A stretch of DNA of 63,646 bases, the filler included, from Reticulomyxa filosa (Eukaryota; Protista; Foraminifera): the NCBI GenBank assembly GCA_000512085.1. It is 20 parts of 20 records of this genome, joined end to end, with 100 filler letters (N's around TTAATTAATTAA, not from the genome) between each part and the next. Parts side by side here need not be neighbours in the genome. Positions count along the whole stretch, not along the records: positions 26,267 to 30,125 come from ASPP01006553.1; positions 30,226 to 31,398 come from ASPP01037321.1; positions 31,499 to 33,907 come from ASPP01029574.1; positions 34,008 to 36,252 come from ASPP01021399.1; positions 36,353 to 40,209 come from ASPP01007430.1; positions 40,310 to 41,433 come from ASPP01014565.1; 14 more parts are not named here. One strand, given 5' to 3'. The notes beneath the pieces were generated by a model. It was not told where the DNA came from. It worked only from the letters and a program-made list of their open reading frames with translations, and did not search any database. The translations under genes were made by a program, and so were the position numbers. The first letter of the stretch is position 1. Every line of letters begins with the position of its first letter. This document shows positions 26,340-40,389 of the stretch, one piece after another.

Positions 26340-27956
26340 GTTTGGAAAAAAACACAATTAGCACCCGAAGCATTGCAATACAATGAAGACATGATTGCAA
26401 TGTCGGGCAAACCTGCGTACGGCCAGATGATGCACCACCCCATGGCGGGCAATGGTGGTGCTCCGCTATTTCTAATGCAGCCACATGCTGGTTTGGAGCC
26501 CAATCATTCGATGCACAACACGGTCATTGCAATGCCTGCACCGGCCATGAAGACGAGACTTGCATCTGCATCTGCGGCTCGCATGCCTGTTGCCAGCGCA
26601 ATGCCGTCGTCAGCACAAATGGACAAACAGCACAACAACAACAACAACAACAACAACAATCAGGAAAGCAAAAAAAGTAAAGCCAAAGACATTGAAAGCA
26701 GAGAGGACGCAAGTGGAGACCACTCGAAATGGAAAAAAGAGGACTCGGTTCGGGTCCCTCCCAATCTGCCTCTGATTTTTGTCAAGCACAAAGATCAGGA
26801 TGGCGATGCAAAAGGTAAAGACAAAGATAAAGGAGAGCAAGCTGGAGACGGAGTCAATGTAGTGACTCCACCTTCATCCCCCTCAGTCAAGTACTCCACT
26901 TCGCCCTCACACCATTCCTCCGCCACCTCTACCGAAGAAAGGGATCCTGTGGATGACCCGGGCAGTGCCAAGCCAAAGATAAATCCGGACGGCGCTGAGA
27001 AACTGGACAATTATCGCGTCAAAGAAAAAATTGAACATAAACTCAAACGATTGATTAACACACAACGCGACCAAATTGAAAAAATGCAAAAACAAATCGA
27101 AGAAAAAGGGGCACAGATTCGTGTGCAATTGATCGTCGATCAAAAGATTATCAACGATGCCTTTGCCAAAACATCCCAAGAACTGCAAGAGCAGATCGAC
27201 ATTCAACAACAATTGCTACGTATCGCATTGCACGAACATCACAAATGGAAACAAGATTGCCAACTTTGGAAAAATGCTTTGGAAACCGATTATTGGCAGT
27301 GCAAGGTCGATGCGGAAAGAAACGACCTTTTAGAAAAGAGTAAACAATTCTATCGTGATTGCTCACAACGCTGTCGCAGCAAATATGCCGTACCTTTAAA
27401 ACATATTGATTTGAAGTTTCCTTTCATTTACGTGTACCCAAAAAAATATGTATATGTATACTTTTTTATTATTATTGTTCATGCATGTCTATGTAACAGA
27501 TATGAGCAAACACCATTCACACAAGACATGATTGGACCGATTTCTGGAAAAGTTGCACTTAAACCACAAGTGGTTGTTCGAATTGTAAAGAAATTCGAAG
27601 ATTGTGACAATAGTGAAAGTGACAACGAAAAAGAAAGTAAACAAAGCATTGAAGAATGTGCCAAAAACAATAATCACTCCAAAGACGCCGGTCGAAACAA
27701 AGGAAAGAAAGTAAATTTATTACGTGTAGAAATAAGTTCACCGTCACAACAATCATCCATAATACGTGGATTTGTTGTTCAAATCATTCAAAGAGACTTT
27801 GCACCTAAAGTCATTGAGCTTTCACACGACAAAGAATTTGTCGAAATCAAACTATCTAATGAACTAAATAGATGGTGCGGTGACGTATGGGTCCAAAGTC
27901 AAAGTGAATGTGGGTTGGGTGAAGCGGTTCACGTCACAGTTGATCTAAAAGTCTGA
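26340..27956 (+). CDS. Coiled-coil protein with C-terminal FN3-like beta domain (partial)
   Basis: 555-codon ORF with a central coiled coil. C-terminus VEISSP...IRGFVVQ...VWVQSQSECGLGE is FN3-like. Confidence 0.55.
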   Translation, partial: VWKKTQLAPEALQYNEDMIAMSGKPAYGQMMHHPMAGNGGAPLFLMQPHAGLEPNHSMHNTVIAMPAPAMKTRLASASAARMPVASAMPSSAQMDKQHNNNNNNNNNQESKKSKAKDIESREDASGDHSKWKKEDSVRVPPNLPLIFVKHKDQDGDAKGKDKDKGEQAGDGVNVVTPPSSPSVKYSTSPSHHSSATSTEERDPVDDPGSAKPKINPDGAEKLDNYRVKEKIEHKLKRLINTQRDQIEKMQKQIEEKGAQIRVQLIVDQKIINDAFAKTSQELQEQIDIQQQLLRIALHEHHKWKQDCQLWKNALETDYWQCKVDAERNDLLEKSKQFYRDCSQRCRSKYAVPLKHIDLKFPFIYVYPKKYVYVYFFIIIVHACLCNRYEQTPFTQDMIGPISGKVALKPQVVVRIVKKFEDCDNSESDNEKESKQSIEECAKNNNHSKDAGRNKGKKVNLLRVEISSPSQQSSIIRGFVVQIIQRDFAPKVIELSHDKEFVEIKLSNELNRWCGDVWVQSQSECGLGEAVHVTVDLKV

Positions 27957-28192
27957 TCAACACACCTTTCAAACAAAAAACAAACTCAGTTTGCAATTAA
28001 TTGGTTTTTGTTTTATGTTTGCCAGTAAAACAATTTCTCACATTTTTTGTGTTAAGAAAGTTTTGATATTAAAACAACATTTAAATCTTTTGAGCTTCGA
28101 GCATTGATGCATTGTGCAAAAAAATAGTTTGCTTAGAAGGTAGCAAAGTCTAATTAAACAAAAATGGAAATTTGAGCTACTTGTTGTTGTAT

Positions 28193-30041
28193 TCAAAATC
28201 CATTTTTTCTGACCAACAACAGAAGAGCAATAAGACGGAACGCAAAAAAAAGAACGACCATCATGTACCAATCAAAACCCAGGTCACTCTTGTGCACATC
28301 TAAGGATTTCAAGTACGCATCACCCGATGAATATCCTAGAACATGGCCTGTAGTAGGATCTGTTTTGACAGAATAGGTCTGTCCACGGAATTCTGTGATA
28401 GTCAATGCGTTGATCATGTACCTATAGAGTTTAGTATTTGTCACATTATATCGTATTGGGATGCGTAGAAGGAAAAAAGGAAATAGACCAGTCTCGTTTT
28501 TTTTTTTGTTTTTTTTCACAAGATATCAGTCTCAACTTGAATACATCCACCCACTGCAACCATCGAATCCAAACAGGAATTTGATCCAAGCTAACCAAAT
28601 AATTGGCAAATAACAAAAACGGAATGAACGTGACAGGGAATATTTGCACGGCCACGCTGATGTTTTTCGCCAACACACCAACAATCAATCCAACGCTACC
28701 CATGGCATTGACACACAAAATAATTGACAAGTACATCTCCCAGAAGCCACTATCAAATCGGACCATCCAATAACAAATCAGCAAGTAAATCATCGCAAAT
28801 ACACAAGTTTCTGGTATTTGCACCAGTGATTTGATAATCACATAAGTTGTCGTCGGGTACATGTTATTATTTCTTTCGCGTTCGAACAGCAGTCTTTGTT
28901 CTGGAAAAGTCAACACCGTACTAATCGCTCCAGTCATCGATGTGTTTATTGTCAAAAAAAACACGGCACCAAAGCGATTACGTAGGCTCGTTTGGTCATG
29001 TCCCAAATTATAGTACAATATTCCTTTTTTTTTTTTTTTTTGTTTGTTTATTTGTTTATGCATTGCTTGTTTTTTCAACAATGATCCCCTATCAAAAGAA
29101 TGATAAAAAGACCAAACCTATTAGCAAAGCAAAAATAATGGACTGCATCAGCCGAACTCGAGAAGGTCTTGGATCTCTTTTCAATATTTTGAGCTCTCTC
29201 TCGAACAGGCATTTCAATTGAGTGAAAAATGAGCTGTGAATCTCTGACACCGGCGTGAGTTTGTCATATGTTTCAAAGTGACAATCGCACTGATCCTTGT
29301 GTCCTTCAAAGTACTTTTCCCACTGTTCAATAAAGAACTTTGAATTCGATTGGATGCTGTTAATGACAAAATCTGCTGGATTCGTGAACTGCGGACAGTC
29401 ATAGCCTATCGATTTAAAGTAGGCCAACACATTCTTTGTCGGTCCAAAGTATACACAATGGCCCTCTGCGAGCAAGCACAATTCGTCCAATAAGTTCCAA
29501 ATCTCCGACGATGGCTGATGTATCGTCGCAATCACTTGTTTACCTTACAAAAAAAAAAAAAAAAAAACCCGAACAAGTCTTTTTGGGGAGTCCAAAATCT
29601 TTTATTCGACCATTTAAAAAAAAAAAACAAACAAAGCAAAACAATACCTTCACGAGTTAATCCTTTCAAAATTTCCAGTGTCTTCATTGCAGTATATGAG
29701 TCCAGGCCACTTGTAGGTTCATCTGCACGTACGCATAAAAAGTTGTCAAAAAGGGAAGAGTGGGGGGGGGGGGGAAGAGACTTTTTTTTTAAAAAAAAAA
29801 AGCACCTAAAAATATAAGATCAGGATTTGTAACCAACTCCACCCCCACACTGGTTCTTTTTTTTTCACCGCCTGATATCCCTCGAATGGCATCATTACCA
29901 ATGAACGTGTCTTTACACTTTTCCAATTTCAAAGCCGTGATGACATTGTTCACATTTGCGTTCCTCTGCTCGACCGTTGTTTCACGCGGTAAGCGCAACT
30001 TTGCACTAAACTGTAATGCCTCTTCTACAGTTTGTGTCGCA
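28193..30041 (-). CDS. ABCG (White-type) half transporter, 3' portion
   Basis: ISGGEKKRTS signature; IFL-DEPTSGLDS Walker B across an intron; TIHQPS; NPADF; ABC2 membrane domain. GT-AG introns are frame-consistent. Confidence 0.95.
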
Positions 30042-30225
30042 CTATAAAAAGTAAACAAAATCAACAAAAAAGTTGATTTTCGAAGTTGGTCGAAACTTCT
30101 AAAAAAAAAAAAATTTTTTTTTTTTNNNNNNNNNNNNNNNNNNNNNNNNNNNNNNNNNNNNNNNNNNNNTTAATTAATTAANNNNNNNNNNNNNNNNNNN
30201 NNNNNNNNNNNNNNNNNNNNNNNNN

Positions 30226-30893
30226 CAGAATTTTTTATGGACCCAAGATAAAAAGAACATATTTGTGAAAATAGATTTGGCAGATGTGGTAAACAAATAC
30301 TTGAAAGTACAACTAACACGAGAAGCCCTAAGTTTCAGTGCCACTTCACGAGGCAAACAGTATCAATTAGAAATCAAATTTCGGTTTCGAGTGAATCCAA
30401 AGACAGCTCAGTATTCAACCAAAAGGGTTGTGTCTTTTTTAGCAAAAAAAAGACCTGGAATGCATGCCCGTTGATTGGCCAAAAAAGTATAAAGTTCTTT
30501 TTTTGTTTGTATCTACATATAATACGTTCACAATTCTAATATCACGTCTTTCCGCTCAAAAAAAAAAAAAAAAAAAAAGGGGACAAAAAAAAAAAGACCT
30601 TATGCAAAATTGATTGGAAAAGTTCATCGACGAATATGACAGCAACAAAAAAAGAATTAGATACGAACAACAACGAGGATTGGAAATACATGAAACCAAG
30701 ACCAGCACTAAACGAATGGGACGAGCTTAGCGAATATGATGATATTTATGTTTTTCCGGATAAAAAAAAAGAAGCAAATGTAACTTCCAATGAGGGCAAC
30801 AATGAACAAGAAGCCAGTGCTGCCACAACGGAAAATGAAAAATCTCAGCCTTGGCAAATCAATGAAAAACAAATTATATCATTTTCCAAATAA
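30226..30893 (+). CDS. p23/CS-domain co-chaperone-like protein
   Basis: FLWTQDKKNIFVKIDLAD...LSFSA...YQLEIKF, followed by KIDWKKFIDE after homopolymer correction. Confidence 0.7.
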
Positions 30894-33800
30894 CATTTTT
30901 TTTTATTCGCTTCGTCTTCTAATCCAGACATGTCTTTGTCGATTTTGCGTATCTTACCCAAAGAAAAAAAATATTACTTTGTCACGTACACAAAGTATCG
31001 GATAATTTTGTATTTTTTTCTCGTTGGAGGAAAAACAACAGGTAAGGTACAATTCGACAAACCTTGACGTCGCAAAAAAAAAAAAAGTACTTTTTCTTAA
31101 CTGTGATAAACATGGATAAGAAAATAAAGCAGCAACTACTCTCGATCCTGTGCCCTTAAAAAAATCTATAAACAAAATTAAAATAATTGATTTTGTATTT
31201 TTCAAAACAACAATGTTATCTTTTATCTAAGAATAAGAATTGTATCATTACCAAACATAAGATCGATACAATTACTTGAGATAAAGAAAAAATTTGTTGA
31301 AGTGAACGTTGCAAATGTTTGAAACAAATTACATTGGTGTGAAAGAATTAAATAAAAATGATTTGAACAAATTAAATTTGATTTGTCAAAAAAAAAAANN
31401 NNNNNNNNNNNNNNNNNNNNNNNNNNNNNNNNNNNNNNNNNNTTAATTAATTAANNNNNNNNNNNNNNNNNNNNNNNNNNNNNNNNNNNNNNNNNNNNTA
31501 GTCTAGAACTTTTTTTTTCCTGTTTGACAAAAAAAAGAGTAACGAGTTATCTTGATAAAATGTGTGACTAAAAACAATTTTGGATAAAATTTGTTGATCA
31601 AAACTAAAATTACAAATTTCTTTTATATAAAAGTTATGAGTTGAATAGTCGTAAAAACCTTTTTTCCTTTTCTTGGCGAGGTTCGGAGTCTTGGGTGTTG
31701 CATGTATAATCACGTCGTTTCAATGTTGCTCCAACAGACACAATTGATTGATATCAAAGTTAGTAGTACTACTAATTTCGAATCATTGCACGTTACAAGT
31801 TGTGGTGCAACGCTCTACTTTTGGCAGTCGCACTCCAAAGTCAATACAGAGCATTATCCAATGGATACCATCGCCATACCAACAATTAATATACAGATCA
31901 CTATCACGCCAGTCGCCAGCACGCCAACTAATACCACTCCACTTACCATGACAACAAGCGCGAATATCAATCTAGTTCAACAAATTTGCACACGTTTCAG
32001 TTACTTTTGATATACCTTTCTTTCGATTAAAAAAACAAATAAATAAGAAAAAGGCATATAGAAGTGATGAAAAAAAAAGTTGATAAAAATAATTGTAAAA
32101 TTCTAATTTTGAATATATATGTACAAATACATATATAATATCCAATAGACAATGGCATTGCTAGAAGTCCTAACAATACCTTGGCTCTGATTGTAGATAG
32201 AACTTCGTTTTCATTCAAACCAATGGTGATAGGAGTCCAGGTGGGAGCATATATGACGTAATTGTTATTATTGCAATCAATGAGGGCGTCGATTTGTGCA
32301 ATCCTTACCTCGCCCTGGCATTATGGTTACAATATTGGCGTCGATATGCTAGGGGCTTTATGCATTGACAATGTGTAGTAGAAGCCCAGCCGCTCACAAT
32401 GACCCCACATGGCTGACAATACAAAGTGGACGTACCACCACAACGACAGCAATTGAGCAAAAATGAGCAAACGATCTCCCCGCAATTTCGACACAAAAAA
32501 TGGACAAGTATATATTATATTATGTATATGTGTAGCTCTACATCTTACCTAAAATTTTGTAGAAACATTTTTCTACTTGAAAATTATCTGATAATTATTT
32601 TTCACTTTGATCTTATGTAATGAATAGAAAACAATCAAATTGAGTGGAAAAAGGCATTCGACGATTTGGGCACTGGTGTATCGAAAGGTCAATTGCTGGT
32701 TTGCGCTTCGTTAAAATGGATAGTCAGTTCAATGAGCTGAAGTGGGTCAGCAATTCAAAAAAAAAGTTATAATTTTTTCATTTAATAATTCAATATCTTT
32801 TTCATCTTAAAGGACAACACAAAAACACATTATCTTAAATATAACATTTGTAATTTGAAATAATCAATAGATGCAAAGTAAGTGATGCGCAATTGAATAG
32901 CGATACCAAATAAGTATTGCTCGATCTTGTGGTGGACATGGCGCAATGGAAGATCGTCGTCGAATCAAATGATTGATCTAAGTTATAAGTGATTTTTTTT
33001 TGTTAATAATGTTACATTTATTTAAATATGTATGTATTTAAACAATAAATATGTACATATTTTTTTTTGTATAGACAATGGACCAGATGCAAATAAAAAA
33101 GAAAAAACGGGGTAGAAGACAACCCGTCTCCGAAAGGAGTAAACAAGGTTTGTCTATTTTTCTTTTTTAAAAAAATGTTCAAATGTTGTGTATTTGTGTA
33201 ATAATAGTTACAAGTCAATGTTGTTATTTTTATATTCCCCCTTCACACACACAAATGGGGTTGAAGGCCACCCCGTTCGCGAGATTAGGGATAGCGGTAT
33301 GTTATATATATATTCCTTTTATTATATAATGTAAATGTGTGTATGTGTGATAATAGGAATTCCCCGCACAAAGAAAAAATTATTTATTTTTTTTGTCCCC
33401 CCTCCCAATATATAAACCAATAAAAAAAAATGTTTGAGTGTTTTTATATAGGAAAAAAAAGTGATGAGCTCGAGCTCCAATTGGTATATATATTTTTTGT
33501 TGTTTTTTTAAAAAATAAAAAAATTTGATTGTGTGTAAATAGCTGCACCAGAACGCAAACAGATCCAGATCCAAAGATGTTATTTTAAAAAAAATTGTGA
33601 AAGGTGGTGAGGGGAAAAAAAGATAAATAATAAATAAAAGGGGGGAAAAAAAGGGTGAAAAAGAAAGAAGGAAAAAGAAAAATAATAATTGATAAAAGGG
33701 GGGAAAAAAAAGGAAGAATAAGGAAAGAAGGGAGGAAAAAGGAGAATAAAGGATAAAAGGAGGGAAAAAAAGGATAAAGTAAGTAGAAAAAAAAATGAAA

Positions 33801-34119
33801 GAAAAAAAGAAGAAAAGAAAAAAAAATATGATAATTATTATTTTTTATAAGTTGGAGTAATGCTCCAAAAAATAATTGTATACTGGCAAATGCCAGCATT
33901 AATAGTTNNNNNNNNNNNNNNNNNNNNNNNNNNNNNNNNNNNNNNNNNNNNTTAATTAATTAANNNNNNNNNNNNNNNNNNNNNNNNNNNNNNNNNNNNN
34001 NNNNNNNAAAAAATACAACAAAACAATGCTTTTTTTTTTGGTGTTGATTTGGAACATTGCCCTGCTTAGATCACACAAAAAAGTTATGGAGTGCAAAGCG
34101 GCGGAAAGGAGCTATTGCT

Positions 34120-35162
34120 TTAAGGAGGAAATGAGTAAGGAGTTGACCAAGTAAGATCAGGTTGAACGTTTTTGTAATTTCCGCATTCGGTGGTATCGAC
34201 TCCCCATGACGTATTTGTAAAATGTGAACTATGAAGCATAGGATTATTGTAATTGCGATGATGACAACTCGTAATGGTGGGTAGATCGACAAACACATTC
34301 ATTTGTGGCGTTGGAAAAGAGACGAGGGTTTGATTAAGGGGCGGACATACTGTTCCTAGAGAAAAAGGTTGAATTGGAGGTATTACTTTGGCGATATCCA
34401 AGCTATTTTCATCAATGGCATTATTCGAGTGGCTATGATGGTCGTCATTTAAGACATGATCATCAATGATATTCGTGGAAAGTAGATTTTGAGGCGAATT
34501 GGACGAAACAGATAGATTCAAAGGATATTGAGTGGAAGGAGGATATAAATGCATTTGGGAGCCAAACATGGAACAATTATTGAAATGAACATTATTTGAC
34601 ATGTTGCCATTCATTAATAAGTGGCATTGACTCTTGGGCATGGGTGGAGATGGCAGGCGTTCTGTAGCACTGTTCGGATGTAATATTGAGTGTTGCGAAT
34701 TTGCCAAGTGATTTTCTGAACTCGTGATATCGTGTGCCAATGGAGATAAATAAAATATTGGATTGGCTATCAAACCAATCACTTTGCATCGATTGGTGAT
34801 TTGTGGAGTGGCTCAGAGTTTGGCTTTGGACACTTGAGCTTGCGCTCATGTAGTTGTGCAAGTCATTATAAAGAGATGTGTCCGCTCCGTCGTGGAAACC
34901 CGATAGTGGACACTGTACCGAACAGCCACCAACGGGGTCGATATGATGGGTAAACATTGGTGCAGTTTGCAGCAATCCTTGCAATTGAGGAGTAAATTCA
35001 TCACCACGATTATGGTAGTGGTTATTCGTACTGCCTTGTTCCACTACCGTTTGGGATATCATTGGGTTATTTCTATTTTCGTCTTCATTGATATTTAGAT
35101 TATCACCATTAACAGTATTGTTGTTATTGTTGTTGCTATTGTTATTGCTATTGCTGCTATTG

Positions 35163-35202
<40 letters not shown>

Positions 35203-36100
35203 TGTTATACATTGAGCTTTTGATAAGTTGGCTTTGTTCACGTGCCATTATGTCTGTGTACATGGAAGTTAATTCCAAGTCATAAAAATGGGGCATGTTT
35301 TTCATGCCATTGTTTGTAATTGGAATTGAATTTTTCACTGACTATTTGTAGTTATTTGTTTGTATATTTACATTGTTTTGTTTTTTTGTTTTTTTGTCTT
35401 TTTTCAAAACATTTAATTGGCTTGCACATACACACGTACATAAATGTATATGATGTTATAAAGTTGGGCCAATTTCACAAATATGGACTTGTTTGTTTAT
35501 GTAGTGTTGTTGTTCATACCACACACACGTGACTTTCACACAAATGTGTACCGCAAGCCGTGCATAGCCAAAGGAAACCGTAGTATTTTGCTTGATGCAA
35601 AAAGGGATCAATTTTGCAACTGCAAACGCCACATATTATATCTTCGTGAATGGAATAGGTCATATCTTTCAAACACGCACTGTTACAACGTTTGCACGTT
35701 GCCTCAATTTGTAACTCATTGCTCATGTCTTGTTGCAAGCTTTTCCATTGATCGTTTATCAAATACGGCCGCTTTTTTTTTTTTTTAAAATTTTTTTGTA
35801 AGGCTCTTCTCTCCTCTCTTTTAAATCGGTGGAGGGGAAGGAAGGGAACCTCTAAAAGGAAGAAAAAAAAAAGAGGCAACTTTGAGTGATGTGGAAGAGG
35901 TGATGGTATCATGACCATCCATAGAATTCCGTTTGCGTTTGCATGTGCGATTTGATTTTGCTTTCGTACTACGTTTTTGCTGTTTCAGCAATGTAAATCG
36001 ATTGCTCCAATTCTCTTTTCCATACAATTGTTCACAGAAATATTTTGATTCAGGATACGCTTCATCAACCAATTTCAAATATTCCATTTCCCTGTTTTCC
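34120..36100 (-). CDS. Cys-rich (CxxC pairs) zinc-finger-like protein with Asn-rich tail
   Basis: CKRC...CGVC...CTACGTHLCESH, followed by long poly-N low-complexity ORFs. Confidence 0.5.
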
Positions 36101-36352
36101 CATTTTTCCCACCTTTTTTTTTTTTTTGTTTCCCCCCCCCCCCCCATTCAAAAAAAAAAAAACATCTTGGTAATCATTATCCTGTCATTAAACTCAAACC
36201 TTTGTATACATATGTAACAATCCACATGCACACGAACCAAAAAAAAAAAAAANNNNNNNNNNNNNNNNNNNNNNNNNNNNNNNNNNNNNNNNNNNNTTAA
36301 TTAATTAANNNNNNNNNNNNNNNNNNNNNNNNNNNNNNNNNNNNNNNNNNNN

Positions 36353-37200
36353 CAGCAGCAGCAGCAGTAGTAGCAACAGAAGTCGATCAGTTGGAAAGTG
36401 TAATAGAAAAAAGTCTTGAGGCGGCAAACATACCGAACCATAAGATCAGTGAGCTGACGAAGGACTTGTTATCTACGCAATCGATCAAAGACAAGGAGCA
36501 TACCAAGCCAATTGCGGTGATGGGGAATTATTGGGAAAAGCGATCCAGCAATAGTAATACCACAGCAACAACAACAACAACAACGACAATTGCTTCTATT
36601 GCAACAACAGTCACTGGCATGGATCTTAATAACAATAATAACAGTATAAACAATGGAGGCCTGTCCTATTCCGGTGAAGAGAACTTCTTAATGCGATCCA
36701 GCAATAAAGACAAAAGCGAGTTTCGTGACCCTTTCGATATCGAAGACCGTCACTCATTACTGCTGTCCTTTGGGATGCTTCACAAAAGCTATGGCCATTC
36801 GTCTCACACATCTGCAACGCAGGTGAACATGTCCAATCCGTGCTATTCCAAATTGCTGCGACCGTATCATGTGCGTTGCAACAACTTGAAGCAACAGTTG
36901 GAGGATGTGTTGTCCGGAAACATCAACAATACCAACAATTGCTACTTGGGAAGCAAGACGCAGACCATTCTCTCCGTTGTCCCAGTTATGGACTGCGATG
37001 TGCGTGACTATCTTCGGCGCACTCCAGAATACCTGGCCAGCCATTTCGACAAAAAACTTCGTCCTGCCGCTTTCGGTGGGAATCCTTGGCGCATCAAGAA
37101 GCGCGAATCTACAAAATCCAGTCCGAGTCCAAATCAAATTGCAATCACTGTACCAACGAGTAACAGTATTAACAATAGTGCTACAACTAATACTAATAAC

Positions 37201-37241
<41 letters not shown>

Positions 37242-38094
37242 TAATGCTATTGCTACAACTACCACTTCTACTGCTGCTGCTGCGAATATGAATATAGATA
37301 TTGATATACCTATTCCTTCTTCACCTTCCATTCATGATGCCACTCACAACATTGATGTTCCCGAACCTTTGTTGTTATCTACACTCTCAAACATACATCT
37401 TTTATCTCCTGTATTGACCCCATCCCCACTGCCACATATATCTGCTCCTGTACCTGTCTCGTCGTCGTCACCATTACCTTCTCCTTCTTCTCCGTCTTCT
37501 TCTCCTTCCCCTTCTCCTTCTCCTCCTTCTTCTTCTTTTTTGTCGGGTGCCGCTGGCTCTTTTGCTTCCTCTTTGCCTTCGCTGCAACCTTCAGGCTTCA
37601 CCACTCCAGCTGTCCTAGGGACTGACAGTCTTGCAGTTGCACCGGAAAATAGATCCAACAAGTCGCCTTCTTTACCTCGGGTAAAAAGGCCTTTGCCAGA
37701 CAAAGAAGAACGCGCAGGACCCCCGACAAAAAAATCGAAAAAGGGAGCCCCTGTTGATAATGTTGCTTTTGTGTTGGCCTTCTTAGATACCTTTCGAGAC
37801 AAACTCAGAGCGCCGCAAGACATTGACTGTGATTGGCTGGAAACACAATTAAAAAACTTACCTGGTGTGTTGTATAAGTGTCGATCATTCAAAACATACA
37901 GACTATCTTTCTCTTTTGTTTTTTTTTTTAAACACCATTTACATAATGTTGTGATTTAATCTCTTTTTTGTAACATAGCATCCGTGCGACTGAGTAAGTG
38001 GTTTGCAAACGAACTAGTTCAAGAATCTTTTCAATATTCGCAATACCAAGCTATGAAGTGCATCCAAAAAGTATTGATGCACAGCACTGTATGA
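36353..38094 (+). CDS. INTS6: Integrator subunit 6 (INTS6/DICE1)-like, C-terminal part
   Basis: HTKPIAVMGNY, FRDPFDI..R..LL, FGGNPW and C-terminal KLRAP...LKNLPG...ELVQES resemble INTS6 motifs (from memory; needs an HMM check). Confidence 0.55.
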
Positions 38095-39217
38095 AGAAAA
38101 ATCTTTTCTTAAATTTTTTTTTTTACAATTTTCATTTTTTCCGATAAGAATATCCGTTTAACAAATTTACCAATGAAATACAACTGACTTCCAAAATATG
38201 ATTTTATTTCGAGTACAATGCATTTTTGTTTCTTCTTCTTTTTTTTTTAATTGTTGCAAATTTTTTACAAAATCAATGGATAGCAAGAGAAAACAACGGA
38301 TTTATGTGACAAAAAACAACACAAGTTATGTTAACTTGAACGCAAAGTTTCTTTATTCCAAAAAAACATAATGTGGTAATTTTAATTTCATTTCTTTTTT
38401 TTAGAAACGAAAACTGGAAAAAATGTTTGTTCGAATCGAAAAAGTAGCATTATATTAATCATTCGTTGTAATATTGGGAAAAAATAGTTTGCGATTCAAA
38501 AACAGTACATTGAAAGTACTTTACGAATTTACGCTTGTTAATACAAACAAATCAATTGCAATTTGTCAGCATTTTATCCGAATTTTAATTTAAACTAAAT
38601 AGCACTTAATATAATATGATCAAACTGTTCATCATTGAGCAATTCACTAGATTGAGTTAATTTGTCATATCATCAAACATAAGTGATATTTGTATCGTGT
38701 CGGCTATTTGAGCTCTCAAATAATTGACTTCAAGACCAGATATTTGTTAGCCCAACATTAAACGATATATAATTCATTACCAAACAAAGTCCACAGCCAC
38801 TTGTCCCAACTATTTATCCTAAGATTGCACGCAATCTATATCTTAAAAGATAAGTATTAATTGCTAGTGACAAAGACAAGCAAAACGCAGCTCAAGCAAG
38901 ATGAGTAGTTCATTTAAAAAAAAATTGTTAATGAGTAAATAAAGAAATTGTGAAGATTTTTAATGCGGAAAAAAAACATTCGATCACAAGGAACAACATA
39001 TTCTATATCTTGGACGAATATTTATGGTATTATTCATACTTTTTTAAGTGTTTTTTTGTTTCTCTGGAAGTGAATAAGTTTTTTCCCTGTTAAAAAAAGT
39101 TCTCTGAGCCTGCGAATGCGGAGCTTTCTGGTTTGAATATTGTCTCTTGAAAATAACATAACAATGATGATTTCCAACTCGAACTTGAACAGCATGGAAC
39201 TGTCTGTGTAACAGGTA

Positions 39218-40160
39218 GTGAAACAATTGTCGAGTCAATCTCGAGCGTTCCCTCGTGTATGGCCAAGAGGTACGAATGGGCTTCGGCCAATGCATTCCTA
39301 TGCAAAAGTGGAACAACTGCTGGAAGAGAAATGGGAGAAGAAGCGTAAAGCCACGGCACTCGAGATGGCAACACTACCCGAAAAAAGGTACTATCATTCC
39401 GGTCCACCACGTACCAAACGAATACGCTTATCAATTATGGTTTCCCCAGACATTAACAACATTCGACACCTTTTGCAAAACGTAAGAAAGCCCTATGCAT
39501 ATACATATACATAACATATATGTATATGCATATATGCATAGGCTTTTGATTTTTTTTTTTAAAATAAAAAAAAGTATCCAGTAGATGCCTCGTGCTTTAC
39601 AGCAGGTTTATATCGAAGTATCGAACTGAATGATTGGAAAAGTTTGGAATGGATAATGAGAGAACTGATCGGTCGTAGGTCGTCGAAGGAAATAACACCA
39701 ACGCATTTTAACTTGCTGTTTTACGGACTGAGTGAATTGGGGGCGCCACTGAGAGAGAGCATGAAATGGCTGGGTATGCAGATGCAATTCAAAATAGCAT
39801 ACCCGCCGACCAGGTCGATGTTGAATTACGTGTTACATCACTGCTATCTGCACAGTCGCCAATGCGCAAGTACACGTGACAGCAATGGCCTGGATACTGG
39901 ACTGCAGTGCGGACAACGAGTGGTTGACCTGTTCGACACTCTAAAAATCAAACCCCATGAAGTCACGTTGGCACATCTAATTCGCTTGTACGGGGTTTGC
40001 AATCAAACGCAGAAGTCGTTGCAATTGCTGCAAAGTCTTGTCGCCGCACATAACAATACCAAACAACACGACACAAATCATGTCCTTCTCAACACTCTCC
40101 ATTTCGACGCTTTCTTAGATGGTCTATGTGTCAATAACTCACATTTTGATTTGATCGATC
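39218..40160 (+). CDS. Pentatricopeptide-repeat-like protein (partial)
   Basis: ITPTHFNLLF, PTRSMLNYVL, IKPHEVTLAHLIRLYG and LNTLHFDAFLDG are PPR-like helices. Basic N-terminus. Confidence 0.6.
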
Positions 40161-40389
40161 GAATAAAGAACAAAAATAAAATTAATAATAATAATAATAA
40201 TAATAATAANNNNNNNNNNNNNNNNNNNNNNNNNNNNNNNNNNNNNNNNNNNNTTAATTAATTAANNNNNNNNNNNNNNNNNNNNNNNNNNNNNNNNNNN
40301 NNNNNNNNNTTTCAAAAAAAAAAAAAAGTACAAGTTAAGAAACTTTTTGAAATTAAGTGGATTTGTTGCCAATAAACAAAACTTGTATA

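Noticed and set aside
33380-33906. GA-rich tract and Phe/Leu-rich ORFs
   Set aside because: Looks like a degraded read end next to a contig break; no coding signal.
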